In this document: positions 1-8,625 of the stretch, in pieces
Numbering within the stretch: position 1 is the stretch's first letter
How the letters are laid out: every line of letters starts with the position of its first letter
Position numbers and translations under genes: made by a program
Source of the DNA: a virus
Taxonomy: Duplodnaviria > Heunggongvirae > Uroviricota > Caudoviricetes
DNA: 42,003 nt
IMG/VR virus record: IMGVR_UViG_2671180896_000003
Span: 1-42,003 of that record
Strand: one strand, 5' to 3'
Notes under the pieces: generated by a model
Seen by the model: only the letters and a program-made list of their open reading frames with translations
Databases searched by the model: none
What the model was told of the DNA's origin: nothing

Positions 1-549
1 TCAGCTAGCTGGAAACTTTTTATACAGAGTTGAGAGCCCTACTCCATACGTTTTTGATACGCTTTGTCGTGATTCACCGGTTGCCATCCGCTCCCCCATT
101 TCCCGCCATTGCTCATCCGTGAACTTAGGCCTGCGACCACCAACTCGCCCTTTTGCCCTGGCTACGGCCAGCCCTGCTAAGGTACGTTCGCTATTAAGAT
201 CAGATTCATATTGTGCTGCGGAAAGGATGTTACGAAAGTTATAGCGGCCGCTGGCTGTTTTGAGATCCACGCCATCAGTAATACTGCGGAAGTTGATACC
301 CTTTTCCTGTAACTGCTGGAACATCAACAGCGCATGCAGAACGTTGCGGCCTATCCTGTCCAGCTTCCAGACCACCAGTTCATCCCCCGGCTGCATAGTG
401 GCGATCAGCCGTTTTAGAACCGGCCGATTCGATTTCCTCCCGCTGGCATGCTCTTCAAAAATTTTCTCACAACCCGCTGACTTGAGCGCCGTTAGTTGCA
501 ATTCAGTGTCCTGGTGGTTTGTTGATACTCGGGCATAACCGTAAATCAT
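1..549 (-). CDS. pin: DNA invertase, serine recombinase of Hin/Gin/Pin family
   Basis: Protein from internal Met MIYGYARVSTNHQDTELQ... is typical resolvase/invertase N-terminus with C-terminal HTH; ATG at 547-549 preceded by AGGAG; stop at 1-3. ORF track extension to 708 has no homology and is probably not translated. Confidence 0.9.
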   Translation of the reverse strand: MIYGYARVSTNHQDTELQLTALKSAGCEKIFEEHASGRKSNRPVLKRLIATMQPGDELVVWKLDRIGRNVLHALLMFQQLQEKGINFRSITDGVDLKTASGRYNFRNILSAAQYESDLNSERTLAGLAVARAKGRVGGRRPKFTDEQWREMGERMATGESRQSVSKTYGVGLSTLYKKFPAS

Positions 550-608
550 GGGATTTCTCCTGTTATGAAAACAGGAGAAACGGCGAAGCATCACCAGATT
601 TTTGATGG

Positions 609-634
609 TTATAAAAAAGGTTGGTTTGGGAGAA
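609..634. repeat. Invertase crossover site (hix/gix-like), copy next to invertase gene
   Basis: TTATAAAAAAGG-TT-GGTTTGGGAGAA: two 12-bp half-sites around a 2-bp core, resembling hix/gix consensus; 14 bp identical in inverted orientation to site at 2548-2573. Confidence 0.7.
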
Positions 635-1075
635 GCGGCAAAACGGAATGTGGGCAACGGGGAAAACCAAATCCCTGATATGTCTTTCTGGACGGTTACT
701 GGTGGCAATGGAAATTTTGTGATTCGTCAACCTGACGGGCTAATCACTCAGATGGTTACTGTAAGTATAAGCGGTCCAGTGGCGATGAATGGAATGACTG
801 ATAATGCTTATGCCATTACAGGTTCTAATAAGTCTTATATTGCCACAGCCACATTGCCCTTTGTATTTCCTAATAAGGTGCTGGGCGTTATCCCTCTGGT
901 ATCAACAACAACCTATGGTGGTGTATCCAGTAATATTACAGGTTCATACGCGACGGCGGTTTGTTCTTTTGCCGCTGTCCGGGGGAATAATACGATTGTA
1001 TTCAAAGTCGACAAACCACTGAATGCAGCCTTTCCTTCAGATACCAGCGTCTCAGCGTTAATCATTGGACGGTAA
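623..1075 (+). CDS. Alternative tail-fibre C-terminal variable domain (silent in this orientation; no own start)
   Basis: Reading frame continues from crossover core (GLGEAAKRNVGNG...); after inversion it fuses in frame to the constant fibre N-terminus. The ATG at 602 in the ORF track is probably incidental. Confidence 0.65.
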   Translation, partial: GLGEAAKRNVGNGENQIPDMSFWTVTGGNGNFVIRQPDGLITQMVTVSISGPVAMNGMTDNAYAITGSNKSYIATATLPFVFPNKVLGVIPLVSTTTYGGVSSNITGSYATAVCSFAAVRGNNTIVFKVDKPLNAAFPSDTSVSALIIGR

Positions 1076-1077
1076 TA

Positions 1078-1521
1078 ATGAACTCAGTATTCTTTTCACC
1101 CGGAAGTAAAAGTTTTTATCTACAAGAATTGTTTCCAGAATATGAGGATGCGGGAACGCTTCCAGATGATATTATTGAAATTACCCGAGAAACATATGAG
1201 CAATTTCTTGGGCTGCATCCAGAAGGGAAAGAAATTGGCGCTGACAGTTCAGGACGGCCAATATGGATTAATTCCCCACCGCCTTCAAAAGAGGATGAGG
1301 TGTTGATGGCTGAAATGAAAAAAATATCTTTGGTTTCAGAAGCCAATACCTACATCAATACCCATCAGTGGCCTGGCAAAGCTGCTATTGGTCGTCTGAA
1401 AGGTAACGAGCTGGAGCAATATAATTTATGGCTGGATTATCTGGACGCACTGGAACTGGTTGATCCCTCCAGTGCTCCAGATATTGAATGGCCTACGCCT
1501 CCGGCAGTTCAGGCCAGATGA
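1078..1521 (+). CDS. Tail fibre assembly protein (chaperone) paired with the alternative fibre domain
   Basis: 147 aa, starts 3 nt after the alternative fibre domain; C-terminal region resembles the other Tfa (shared ...LDYLDA...VD...SAPDIEWP motif); convergent with and overlapping the 1493-2095 gene by 29 bp. Confidence 0.7.
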   Translation: MNSVFFSPGSKSFYLQELFPEYEDAGTLPDDIIEITRETYEQFLGLHPEGKEIGADSSGRPIWINSPPPSKEDEVLMAEMKKISLVSEANTYINTHQWPGKAAIGRLKGNELEQYNLWLDYLDALELVDPSSAPDIEWPTPPAVQAR

Positions 1522-2095
1522 CATTCGGCGCGGTGCTGGTATCTGTTACCGTCACCGCGTCAATGTAATCCAGCACGGCGTTAAGTCGGGTTGTTTCTGC
1601 CTGCGTCAGCTTCCGCCCGGCCTGTAATTTCAGTTGAATCAGACTAATGGAAGCCATTGCAGCATCAATCAGTGACTGGCGCTGTGCTTCTGCCGCGTCT
1701 ACTGCGGCGCTATGCTGTGCCTCAGTATCGGTCACCCATTTCTCACCATCCCATTTATCGTATGGCGTTAATGGGGCGATAGTGGTTGTATTTTCAGGGT
1801 AATCACCCGGAGCGGTGATTTCTTTTGATTCTCCTGTTTTGGTGCTATAGACCGTTTCACCGCGATGGTCTGGCACATATTCCCATGAGTTAAAATCTGC
1901 AGAACGGCAGATTGCATAACCAGCCTTATGTGTGCCAGGGGCATCTAAACAGGAACATGCCGGAATGCCGATACCAACGGTAAGATATTCATTTGAAGTG
2001 GAAATATATTCCCGAGTTTCACCATCATAGCTATAGACGGTAATATTCCCCGCCTTCGTGGCAATAAGCTCGCTATTTAATACAGCGTTATCCAT
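1493..2095 (-). CDS. Tail fibre assembly protein (chaperone), currently expressed orientation
   Basis: 200 aa; start overlaps fibre stop by 1 nt; conserved Tfa C-terminal motif (LNAVLDYIDAV...TSTAPNVIWPELP). Confidence 0.75.
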   Translation of the reverse strand: MDNAVLNSELIATKAGNITVYSYDGETREYISTSNEYLTVGIGIPACSCLDAPGTHKAGYAICRSADFNSWEYVPDHRGETVYSTKTGESKEITAPGDYPENTTTIAPLTPYDKWDGEKWVTDTEAQHSAAVDAAEAQRQSLIDAAMASISLIQLKLQAGRKLTQAETTRLNAVLDYIDAVTVTDTSTAPNVIWPELPEA

Positions 2096-2829
2096 TATGC
2101 AGCCCTCACGATAAAGTTAAATGCAATATTTCGCGCACGTGTTTCCGTTGATGTTCTGGCAACACGTGATGCATCAAAATAATAATTCGCCTGTTTATAT
2201 GTACCACCTGTCGCAATTGATGCGAGATTTGGTGTCAATGTTGAAGAGGTAAATGCGCCGACAGTATTATTATTTGGCCCCGTGGTCATATCCAAAAAGC
2301 TACCTGTAATATTTTGCAGCGTATCGCTCTGAGCACTCAATAACGCTCGCCCACTGTCCACTCCACGCCCATCATCCCAGCCACGAATAAACTCACCACG
2401 TAAATCAGGCAATTTATTTGTCGGGTAAACTTTTGCCAGTTCCGGGTATTCTTCAGCAGAAAAAGCGGCACCATTGCATTTCAGCCAACCTGTTGGCGGA
2501 GTGGCTGAAGGCCACGGAACAGGGACACCAACAGGTAATGCAGAGCCTTCTCCCAAACCAAGGTTTGTGGTAATCGCTGTCGCCAGCTTTGCCACCAGTC
2601 CATCAACGTCACCATCATCGAGCGCGTCCAGTTCGGCGTTCGCGATAAACTGCCCCAGTACAGCCGCCATCGTCGACGGTTGGCGCAGCGCTTTACTGAC
2701 CTGTGCGCTGGATGCTTTACCCGAGGAGAATCCTTTCTTCAGTGCGGTTAGCGTCTCCCATTCCTCCTGCGAGGTAACATTTGCATTAGCATCTGTCGCA
2801 AACGCTTTAAAATCATTAGTTCCAGCCAT
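2095..2829 (-). CDS. Tail fibre protein (constant N-terminus about 90 aa plus invertible C-terminal domain)
   Basis: Follows baseplate genes; start ATG 2827-2829 overlaps upstream stop (TAATG); crossover site in frame at residues TTNLGLGEG; Gly/Ser/Thr-rich fibre-like C-terminus. ORF track start at 2847 is also possible. Confidence 0.75.
   Translation of the reverse strand: MAGTNDFKAFATDANANVTSQEEWETLTALKKGFSSGKASSAQVSKALRQPSTMAAVLGQFIANAELDALDDGDVDGLVAKLATAITTNLGLGEGSALPVGVPVPWPSATPPTGWLKCNGAAFSAEEYPELAKVYPTNKLPDLRGEFIRGWDDGRGVDSGRALLSAQSDTLQNITGSFLDMTTGPNNNTVGAFTSSTLTPNLASIATGGTYKQANYYFDASRVARTSTETRARNIAFNFIVRAA
2548..2573. repeat. Invertase crossover site (hix/gix-like), copy inside tail-fibre gene
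   Basis: TTCTCCCAAACC-AA-GGTTTGTGGTAA; inverted repeat partner of 609-634; lies in frame within tail-fibre ORF at the codons for NLGLGE. Confidence 0.7.
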
Positions 2830-3509
2830 TAAAGTAATCTCCCCCATGCGCCGTCATCAAAACCGGCGATGTATTCGTTATCCATGTCAAATCCAAAGAA
2901 TTTTGTTCCTTCGGACGGTGTTTCGACTGAGGGTGTTTCAACGCCGCCAGCCCATACACCAGCAGCTTTAACGGTGAGATAACCCTGTTTGATAGCGGCT
3001 ATCAGTTCGAGTGACACATCAGAAATATCAGTCTCGGGAAAAACCCAGACCGATATCGTCATGTCCTGGTTATCGACGATCTGCATCTTCAGTCCAGAGC
3101 CTGCGGTAGCAGCGTCAAGGATGGGAGGCAGAGAGTCGTTCCGACCATCCCAGTTGTTGATAGCGATTTTCGCTTTCAGAATGATGCGGTACGTCTCATC
3201 ACTCAGCGTCGTATAGCCAGAATCAGGATCATATGGCCCTTGCCAGATGCCCTGGTCATATCCGAGCCCGTCAGTGTCCCAGCTGAAATAAACGCCGCTA
3301 ATTGGCTGGCTGACTATACGACTACGCCCAATCCACAGGCCGAGGATATCGAGTTGCACGCCAACCGCCGTATCGATATCGAAGGCTGTTACAAGCCCTG
3401 ACATAGTGCTGGACACATCAATCAGCGGGCGGGTGCTCAGATCTATATGGTCAAAAAAGAGTGGCTTGGTAGCATGGTAGTTAGTGATCAGTTCGGTGTA
3501 TTTGCTCAT
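2829..3509 (-). CDS. Phage tail protein (YmfQ/DUF2313-like, gpI position)
   Basis: Protein from MSKYTELITNYHATKPLFFDH...; ATG at 3507-3509 overlaps stop of upstream J-like gene (ATGA); position between baseplate J and tail fibre. Confidence 0.55.
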   Translation of the reverse strand: MSKYTELITNYHATKPLFFDHIDLSTRPLIDVSSTMSGLVTAFDIDTAVGVQLDILGLWIGRSRIVSQPISGVYFSWDTDGLGYDQGIWQGPYDPDSGYTTLSDETYRIILKAKIAINNWDGRNDSLPPILDAATAGSGLKMQIVDNQDMTISVWVFPETDISDVSLELIAAIKQGYLTVKAAGVWAGGVETPSVETPSEGTKFFGFDMDNEYIAGFDDGAWGRLL

Positions 3510-4705
3510 GAGGTCACCGTGATAGTGACGTGACTCGCAACGCATGACGCAGATTCGTCATAAGCAATATCGATATTTCCGCTTGCGACTGAGTCAGAGG
3601 ATTTGCCGATGAGCAGCTCCTGAATGTCGTAATAGCGAGCACTGCCTCCGCTTACCACGCCAAGGTTTGCCGGGGAATAAATACGACTCAGCAGAACGTC
3701 ATCGCCAATTGCCAGGCCATTTATATAATCGGCAACAGCCTGTTTTATCTGCTCGCCGATTTGAGATGTATACCCGGTAAAAACTTTCAGGGTAATGGCT
3801 ACAAAAATTGGCACATCGGTAGAACGCGAAAAACTGATGACGTGAGGATTACCGTAAGTATCCGGCACGGTGACAGAAGTTGTACCGTAAGTTGCGGTTC
3901 CCTGCCCTTTATTCCCCCTGATGGTCTGGGCGATTTCAGTCAGATCGCCGCCATCCACGATGGCAGAGATAGAGTGTGGCGGCAGCCCATTACTGTCGGT
4001 CGTGCCGGTATCATTCTCGTAGAGCTTGTGACGTGTAACCCCTGCAACGTTCACTATCGCGCCGTCCACCCCTTCAAACGGCGTGATGGAGGGTAGCGCG
4101 ACACTCTGCCCCTGCCGGATGCGCAGCTCTGCGTCGGTTTCCGCCGGGGATCCGACGGTGGCCGCCGCGGGGTTAGTTACCGAAGTCCAGCCGCGGGTCG
4201 GTGTGTTAATGGTCGTGACCGTTCCGGACAGCGCGGCCACTGCGCCGCTATTTGAGCAGGTGGCAGTGACCGTCGCCGTCCCGTCTAAACCAATTACCAC
4301 GGAAGCCGGCATGCTCCAGACCAGGCCATTCTTATCCCTGACGGAGCCATTCGAAATGGTCGTACCGGCCGCGCCGGTAAGCAGCAAATCAACCGTTGAG
4401 TTGGTAGCCGTTCTCCTTTTAATACCGTTTATTTTCACGTTCTTGCTCAGCCCTGCGCCATAAGCGGTGGCAGGCGAAAAGCTGTTGTAAACAGCAATGG
4501 CCGTGTTGTTAGCATCGTGAATAGCCAGGGCCACCAGCGCCACCATCTGCCCGTCTTTGCTGTCAGGATCCAGATAAGCATCGCTGCCATATATCTGCTT
4601 AAAGTAGTTGGTCAGGGTGTCCAGTATTGTCTGGTAATCAGGCGCGCTGATCCCCTCAGCGGTTACCGTTGCCGATAAGCCGAGCGTGTCCAAATTGAGG
4701 GCCAT
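3506..4705 (-). CDS. Baseplate J-like protein
   Basis: 399 aa; position and size match baseplate J/Mu gp47 family; directly follows gpW-like gene. Confidence 0.65.
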   Translation of the reverse strand: MALNLDTLGLSATVTAEGISAPDYQTILDTLTNYFKQIYGSDAYLDPDSKDGQMVALVALAIHDANNTAIAVYNSFSPATAYGAGLSKNVKINGIKRRTATNSTVDLLLTGAAGTTISNGSVRDKNGLVWSMPASVVIGLDGTATVTATCSNSGAVAALSGTVTTINTPTRGWTSVTNPAAATVGSPAETDAELRIRQGQSVALPSITPFEGVDGAIVNVAGVTRHKLYENDTGTTDSNGLPPHSISAIVDGGDLTEIAQTIRGNKGQGTATYGTTSVTVPDTYGNPHVISFSRSTDVPIFVAITLKVFTGYTSQIGEQIKQAVADYINGLAIGDDVLLSRIYSPANLGVVSGGSARYYDIQELLIGKSSDSVASGNIDIAYDESASCVASHVTITVTS

Positions 4706-5059
4706 TTATGCCTCGCTGGTAAGGGTGGTTTGTCCGTAGATAGTGTTTATGGTGGCTGTGAACGTTACCCGGCGTGTCGTGCTTTCATTCACGGTATCAA
4801 AGGCCAGTATGGACAGAACGCCAGGTGTGGTGCTGATGCGATCCCTGATCGCAAGGTTATAAACCTCAGGCCTTTGCTTTCCCAGAACCGACTGGATATA
4901 GGGTGTGCCCTCGGTTGTGTCCAGAAACCATTGCCCCTTCCACAGTTCAAAGCGCGTTTTAACGGCCTGGGCCACGCACTCGGGTGAGTTGACCAGAAAG
5001 GTGTCATCGCCCTGGCCGAAGGTGTAGTCCCCGTCGTCGTCTTCGCGTCGGTATCGCAT
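4706..5059 (-). CDS. Baseplate wedge protein (gpW / GP46-like)
   Basis: 117 aa small acidic protein between spike and J-like genes, the typical gpW/gp25 position. Confidence 0.5.
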   Translation of the reverse strand: MRYRREDDDGDYTFGQGDDTFLVNSPECVAQAVKTRFELWKGQWFLDTTEGTPYIQSVLGKQRPEVYNLAIRDRISTTPGVLSILAFDTVNESTTRRVTFTATINTIYGQTTLTSEA

Positions 5060-5061
5060 AA

Positions 5062-5715
5062 TTACCCTCCCAGTGGTTTCGTATTGCTGCCGCCGACTTC
5101 CACGCCGCCATGCGTATGCTTATCAACCATGGAGCCATCCACCAGCTGCAGGCGGCCGTCAGGCAGAATTTTCAGACCGTTAAGGTTGAAGCCTCCCGGC
5201 GCGGTTCCCGTTATCGCTCCGGATGAAGGGTTAAGGCTCAGTTTTGTTCCACCGTCGTCACTGCGCAGTTCAACCGCACTGGTACTGATGCTGCTGATTT
5301 TCTGCGCCTGCGACTGCGGACCCACAATGGCAAACGCATCACTCAGGTCATGCTGGCGCGGGTCAACCGGTTCCTGCACCCCGCCGCTCTGCCACCAGAA
5401 GTCGATGCAGCGATCGGAGAAGACCAGGAGGCACTCGTCACCGGCCTTTACCGGGAAGGTTAACGTGCAGCCACCGCCGCGGGGGAACACCACTGGAACG
5501 TCTGGCAAAATCGGTATCTCCTCAGAAACCAGAGCGCCATCGTCGCTGAGCCGCTGACCGTAGATGGCTGGCTGCACGGTGCATGTCACTGTTTCAGGGT
5601 CAAAGGACTGGATGATCCCCGGCAAAGCCACGCGCAGGCTGCCGAAAATGGCGTGGCGGTGCGCCTCAAGAGTCTGCGATTCGTTGCCGTCCTGCGCGCG
5701 GGCTGATACTGGCAT
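5062..5715 (-). CDS. Baseplate assembly protein V / central spike
   Basis: Protein from MPVSARAQDGNES...; ATG 5713-5715 with GGAGAAA upstream; Gly-rich C-terminus typical of gpV/Mu gp45-like spikes. ORF track start at 5763 would overlap a terminator. Confidence 0.6.
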   Translation of the reverse strand: MPVSARAQDGNESQTLEAHRHAIFGSLRVALPGIIQSFDPETVTCTVQPAIYGQRLSDDGALVSEEIPILPDVPVVFPRGGGCTLTFPVKAGDECLLVFSDRCIDFWWQSGGVQEPVDPRQHDLSDAFAIVGPQSQAQKISSISTSAVELRSDDGGTKLSLNPSSGAITGTAPGGFNLNGLKILPDGRLQLVDGSMVDKHTHGGVEVGGSNTKPLGG

Positions 5716-5731
5716 AGCTTTCTCCAGGTAA

Positions 5732-5755
5732 TAAAAAACCCGCCGAGGCGGGTTA
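5732..5755 (-). terminator. Intrinsic terminator (minus orientation) just upstream of spike gene
   Basis: AACCCGC-CGAGG-GCGGGTT hairpin followed on the minus strand by TTTTTT. Confidence 0.6.
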
Positions 5756-5933
5756 CTGATCAAATGTCAGGATTTGAGGGTGAGTTAATGCGTGCTATTT
5801 ATCTTCATTGCAGCTCTTAATATAGGTTTTGCTTAGAACCACGGTAACGTCGTGATTTGTAGCAAGATACAGGCTGCTAAGGAAAAGCCGGTAGGCAATT
5901 TTTAGCTTCTCTCGATAGGGGCCTGAAACCTTT

Positions 5934-6284
5934 ATGCCAAAATCAGAAACAACCATAAAATTTACTCCAGCTATTTGGAAAGAGTTACTTCCTGTAATCC
6001 AGGATAACATACCCGCTAATGACTATGTAGTAAGTAAAAGAGTCAGAACGGGTGATTCTCCTGGCGCTATTGGCACAATTCTCGAAATATCTATTACCGT
6101 TATCACATCATCACCAGCTTGTATCGCCATTGCATCGATAGCGAGAAAATGGTTACAGACCAGATCATCAAAAAAAATAACGGTAACCACTGAAAAAGGT
6201 ACGATCGAAATACAAAATCTGACATCAAAGGAGCTTTCAGAAGTACTGGAGCAGTACAAAATTATAAGTTTTAAAGACGAGTAA
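5934..6284 (+). CDS. Hypothetical protein (moron candidate, antisense to late operon)
   Basis: 116-aa ORF followed immediately by a plus-strand terminator; weak RBS; one hydrophobic segment (ITVITSSPACIAIASIA). Coding status uncertain. Confidence 0.35.
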   Translation: MPKSETTIKFTPAIWKELLPVIQDNIPANDYVVSKRVRTGDSPGAIGTILEISITVITSSPACIAIASIARKWLQTRSSKKITVTTEKGTIEIQNLTSKELSEVLEQYKIISFKDE

Positions 6285-6288
6285 CTGA

Positions 6289-6314
6289 GCGCCGGTAGTT
6301 CCGGCGCCTTTATT
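6289..6314 (+). terminator. Intrinsic terminator (plus orientation)
   Basis: GCGCCGG-TAGTT-CCGGCGC hairpin followed by CTTTATT. Confidence 0.55.
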
Positions 6315-6317
6315 AAA

Positions 6318-6674
6318 TCACTTAGCCTTCACGCAGTCGTAAGTTCCAAACACTCGAGGTTCATTCATGTTCATTCTGATGGCCTCGGCATTGAGTATCC
6401 CTCTCCCATTGCGTTTTATATAATCAAGACCATAGCGCTGCCCAGAATTCTCATTCATGACAATCCATTGCATTTTAATATTGTCATAATCTCCCTCTTT
6501 TTTGAGGAATGTCACCTTCTGACTATCAGGCTTTGCTCCGTTTATCCTCGGATATCCGTCGTTGCTTGATGAGGTTGAGAAAGTAAAGGGACCACACTTC
6601 ATATAAGCGGTGTTTGCCGCTGTAGAAGAAAAGCTGACGAATGCTAAAGAAACCAAAAAAAGTATTTTTTTCAT
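6318..6674 (-). CDS. Secreted/periplasmic protein with signal peptide (moron inside tail operon)
   Basis: 118 aa; N-terminal signal peptide MKKILFLVSLAFVSFSSTAA; two Cys; start overlaps stop of baseplate hub gene (ATGA), so translationally coupled. Confidence 0.6.
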   Translation of the reverse strand: MKKILFLVSLAFVSFSSTAANTAYMKCGPFTFSTSSSNDGYPRINGAKPDSQKVTFLKKEGDYDNIKMQWIVMNENSGQRYGLDYIKRNGRGILNAEAIRMNMNEPRVFGTYDCVKAK

Positions 6675-7741
6675 TGTGGAGCCGTTCGCTGTAGGGCCGT
6701 ATTCGATTGTAAATCACGCGCCCCTCTGGCCATACACATGAGATCCATATACCACGGATTCCCTCTCGTATCGCCGGTGTAGCTGATTGACTGAACTATG
6801 TAAACGCCATCAGTTGCCACACTGGCGGGCTGCGCAAGCGTCGCGCTGCCTGTACTAAGATTACCATTATCATTTGCCTCAGTAATCCTTGCCTGTGATC
6901 TTTGGATCTCATCGTTCGGTAATTGCGAGCGATACACCGAGTCCTGGTTCAACTGAATAAGCCCGTTAACCCGAATGTTTGGATTAATGAGACAGCGCAC
7001 ATTAACGCCTGCCCCCATGGTTTGCTGAGGCATACCGACCAGGCCAGTTTTGGTGTTAAGCACGATCGCTTCATGGAGATATTTATTCTCAGGCACCATT
7101 TGCAGCTGGCCGTCGACAAATTGCCAGTTAGCCTCGCACTGCGCCGCTAGGTTGCTCATGTAGTCGCGCGTTGCGCCGAAGAAGACGCGACCGCGTGGCA
7201 TCACCCTGTCAGGGAACTGCCCGGTGATGCCCTGGGTGATGCCGTAAGGCGAAAAGTCCTTCATCAGAAGTGTATGCACGTCGGCAAGCTTATATCCTGC
7301 CGCCAGGCTGCCGGACGATACGGCTTCGTTGAACGCCTTATGACCATCTACCGACTGAATTAGCGTAAAAATATCGGTAGGATTATCGCGCCCGGTTATC
7401 GTAAAACGAATCTCCCCATCAAAAATGACTCCGTAATTTTGCCCGCGCGTCTGGCCGGTTTGCTCAGATGAAATCTCGGTAACCTGCCCAACCTCGCTTT
7501 CAGTAACCGTCGGCGCCAGGCCGTTATAACCGGCTATGATGGTAATGCGAGAAAACTCATCCCCCGTAATCCGGGTGATTGTGTCACGCTTGAGGTTGTA
7601 AATTTTAAGCGTCGCCACACGTGGCCACATCGAGTTAAACCAGTCGATTGCGAAGGTAACTTTAAAGTCCGACAGGGATATGCCATTCCCCTTGTCGTTC
7701 AGAAGCCGCAGTTCAAAATGGCGATTCCAGTTAATAGTCAT
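6671..7741 (-). CDS. Baseplate hub protein (gpD / Mu gp44-like)
   Basis: 356 aa; position after tape measure and two small tail proteins matches gpD/Mu P family. Confidence 0.5.
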   Translation of the reverse strand: MTINWNRHFELRLLNDKGNGISLSDFKVTFAIDWFNSMWPRVATLKIYNLKRDTITRITGDEFSRITIIAGYNGLAPTVTESEVGQVTEISSEQTGQTRGQNYGVIFDGEIRFTITGRDNPTDIFTLIQSVDGHKAFNEAVSSGSLAAGYKLADVHTLLMKDFSPYGITQGITGQFPDRVMPRGRVFFGATRDYMSNLAAQCEANWQFVDGQLQMVPENKYLHEAIVLNTKTGLVGMPQQTMGAGVNVRCLINPNIRVNGLIQLNQDSVYRSQLPNDEIQRSQARITEANDNGNLSTGSATLAQPASVATDGVYIVQSISYTGDTRGNPWYMDLMCMARGARDLQSNTALQRTAPQ

Positions 7742-7744
7742 GGG

Positions 7745-8050
7745 CTATTCCTGAACAAAATAAAGATGGCTCGAGGCACCAAGGTTTGTTTTCGTCGGGT
7801 ATTCAGGGGCTCCGTTGTCTGTCATGACCACCAGTGCGCCAGATATCCCCAGATCCGGATACTGAGCCAAAAGGTTAACCCCCGGCACCAGGGGGACGCC
7901 CATTAACAGAGGCTGCGCGCCGCTATCCATAACGTCCATTATCCAGCCAGCATCGTCGCGCCATAGCACGCGGAGCGTGTAGCTTATGTCGCCCAGGGTG
8001 ATGCGAAACTCCTGGTTATCAGGGATCATCGGAATCTCATTAACGCTCAT
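7745..8050 (-). CDS. Phage tail protein, hypothetical (small)
   Basis: 101 aa; tightly packed between tail genes, start overlaps upstream stop. Confidence 0.45.
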   Translation of the reverse strand: MSVNEIPMIPDNQEFRITLGDISYTLRVLWRDDAGWIMDVMDSGAQPLLMGVPLVPGVNLLAQYPDLGISGALVVMTDNGAPEYPTKTNLGASSHLYFVQE

Positions 8051-8625
8051 TATCCCCTCGCAAAATCGGCTATCTTTTGAATTACAGATGAGCTGCTGGT
8101 CGGCACCAGAGATTTCATCCCTGTATTCTGTACTGGCGCGGTGCTGACTCCCTCCTGCATGTTGGCCTTATCCGTAACAGTGATGCTCTGCGTATCCGAC
8201 ATGATCACTTCCCGCAGCGTCAGAACGCATGACAGCACATTTTCGCTGGTTCGGTCCGTCGTGGCCTCGATAGCGCGTATCAGCATATTGCTGTAGGTGC
8301 GCTTGCCGGTAACAACATCAAACGGCACCCGGGATTTCTGCAGATCCAGCAACTGCTGATAAATCTCCCTTGGGCTCTCGCCAACCCGCAAGCCTATGCT
8401 GGACAGATTTACCAGGTCGAGTACCGACCCGCCGCCGGCAAACCCGCACTCCATAGTGACCTCGCTGGCGCGCTTATAGGCGTGGTCGTTTATGGCGGCG
8501 CCAAACTCCACCGGATGTTCAGTGATTTCCAGGGCATCAACATGCTTCTCCGACACCACCACGTCAGGTACAAAAATACCTATTTTCCGAGACTGCAGCC
8601 GGAAGATGACCGATAAAATATCCAT
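8050..8625 (-). CDS. Phage tail protein, hypothetical (follows tape measure)
   Basis: 191 aa; start overlaps tape-measure stop; position of DNA-circulation/gpU-like proteins. Confidence 0.45.
   Translation of the reverse strand: MDILSVIFRLQSRKIGIFVPDVVVSEKHVDALEITEHPVEFGAAINDHAYKRASEVTMECGFAGGGSVLDLVNLSSIGLRVGESPREIYQQLLDLQKSRVPFDVVTGKRTYSNMLIRAIEATTDRTSENVLSCVLTLREVIMSDTQSITVTDKANMQEGVSTAPVQNTGMKSLVPTSSSSVIQKIADFARG

Larger units (their letters stand above)
621..2561. other. Invertible DNA segment (tail-fibre C-terminus / host-range switch), about 1.94 kb
   Basis: Bounded by inverted crossover sites; contains two convergent tail-fibre-assembly genes and two alternative fibre C-terminal coding regions; adjacent invertase. 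Same architecture as phage Mu G segment and e14 P region. Confidence 0.7.

Noticed and set aside
558-581. Hairpin CTCCTGTT-ATGAA-AACAGGAG overlapping the invertase RBS
   Set aside because: It could modulate invertase translation, but it is short and I cannot distinguish it from chance; not reported as a feature.
549-708. N-terminal 53-codon extension of the invertase ORF in the ORF track (start at 708)
   Set aside because: Invertase homology begins at the internal Met at 547-549, which has a good RBS. The extension would also run across the crossover site region and the alternative fibre frame.
5795-6010. 71-aa minus-strand ORF in the baseplate moron island
   Set aside because: It overlaps the longer plus-strand ORF and has low-complexity, non-protein-like sequence; the plus-strand ORF with its terminator is preferred, though neither is certain.
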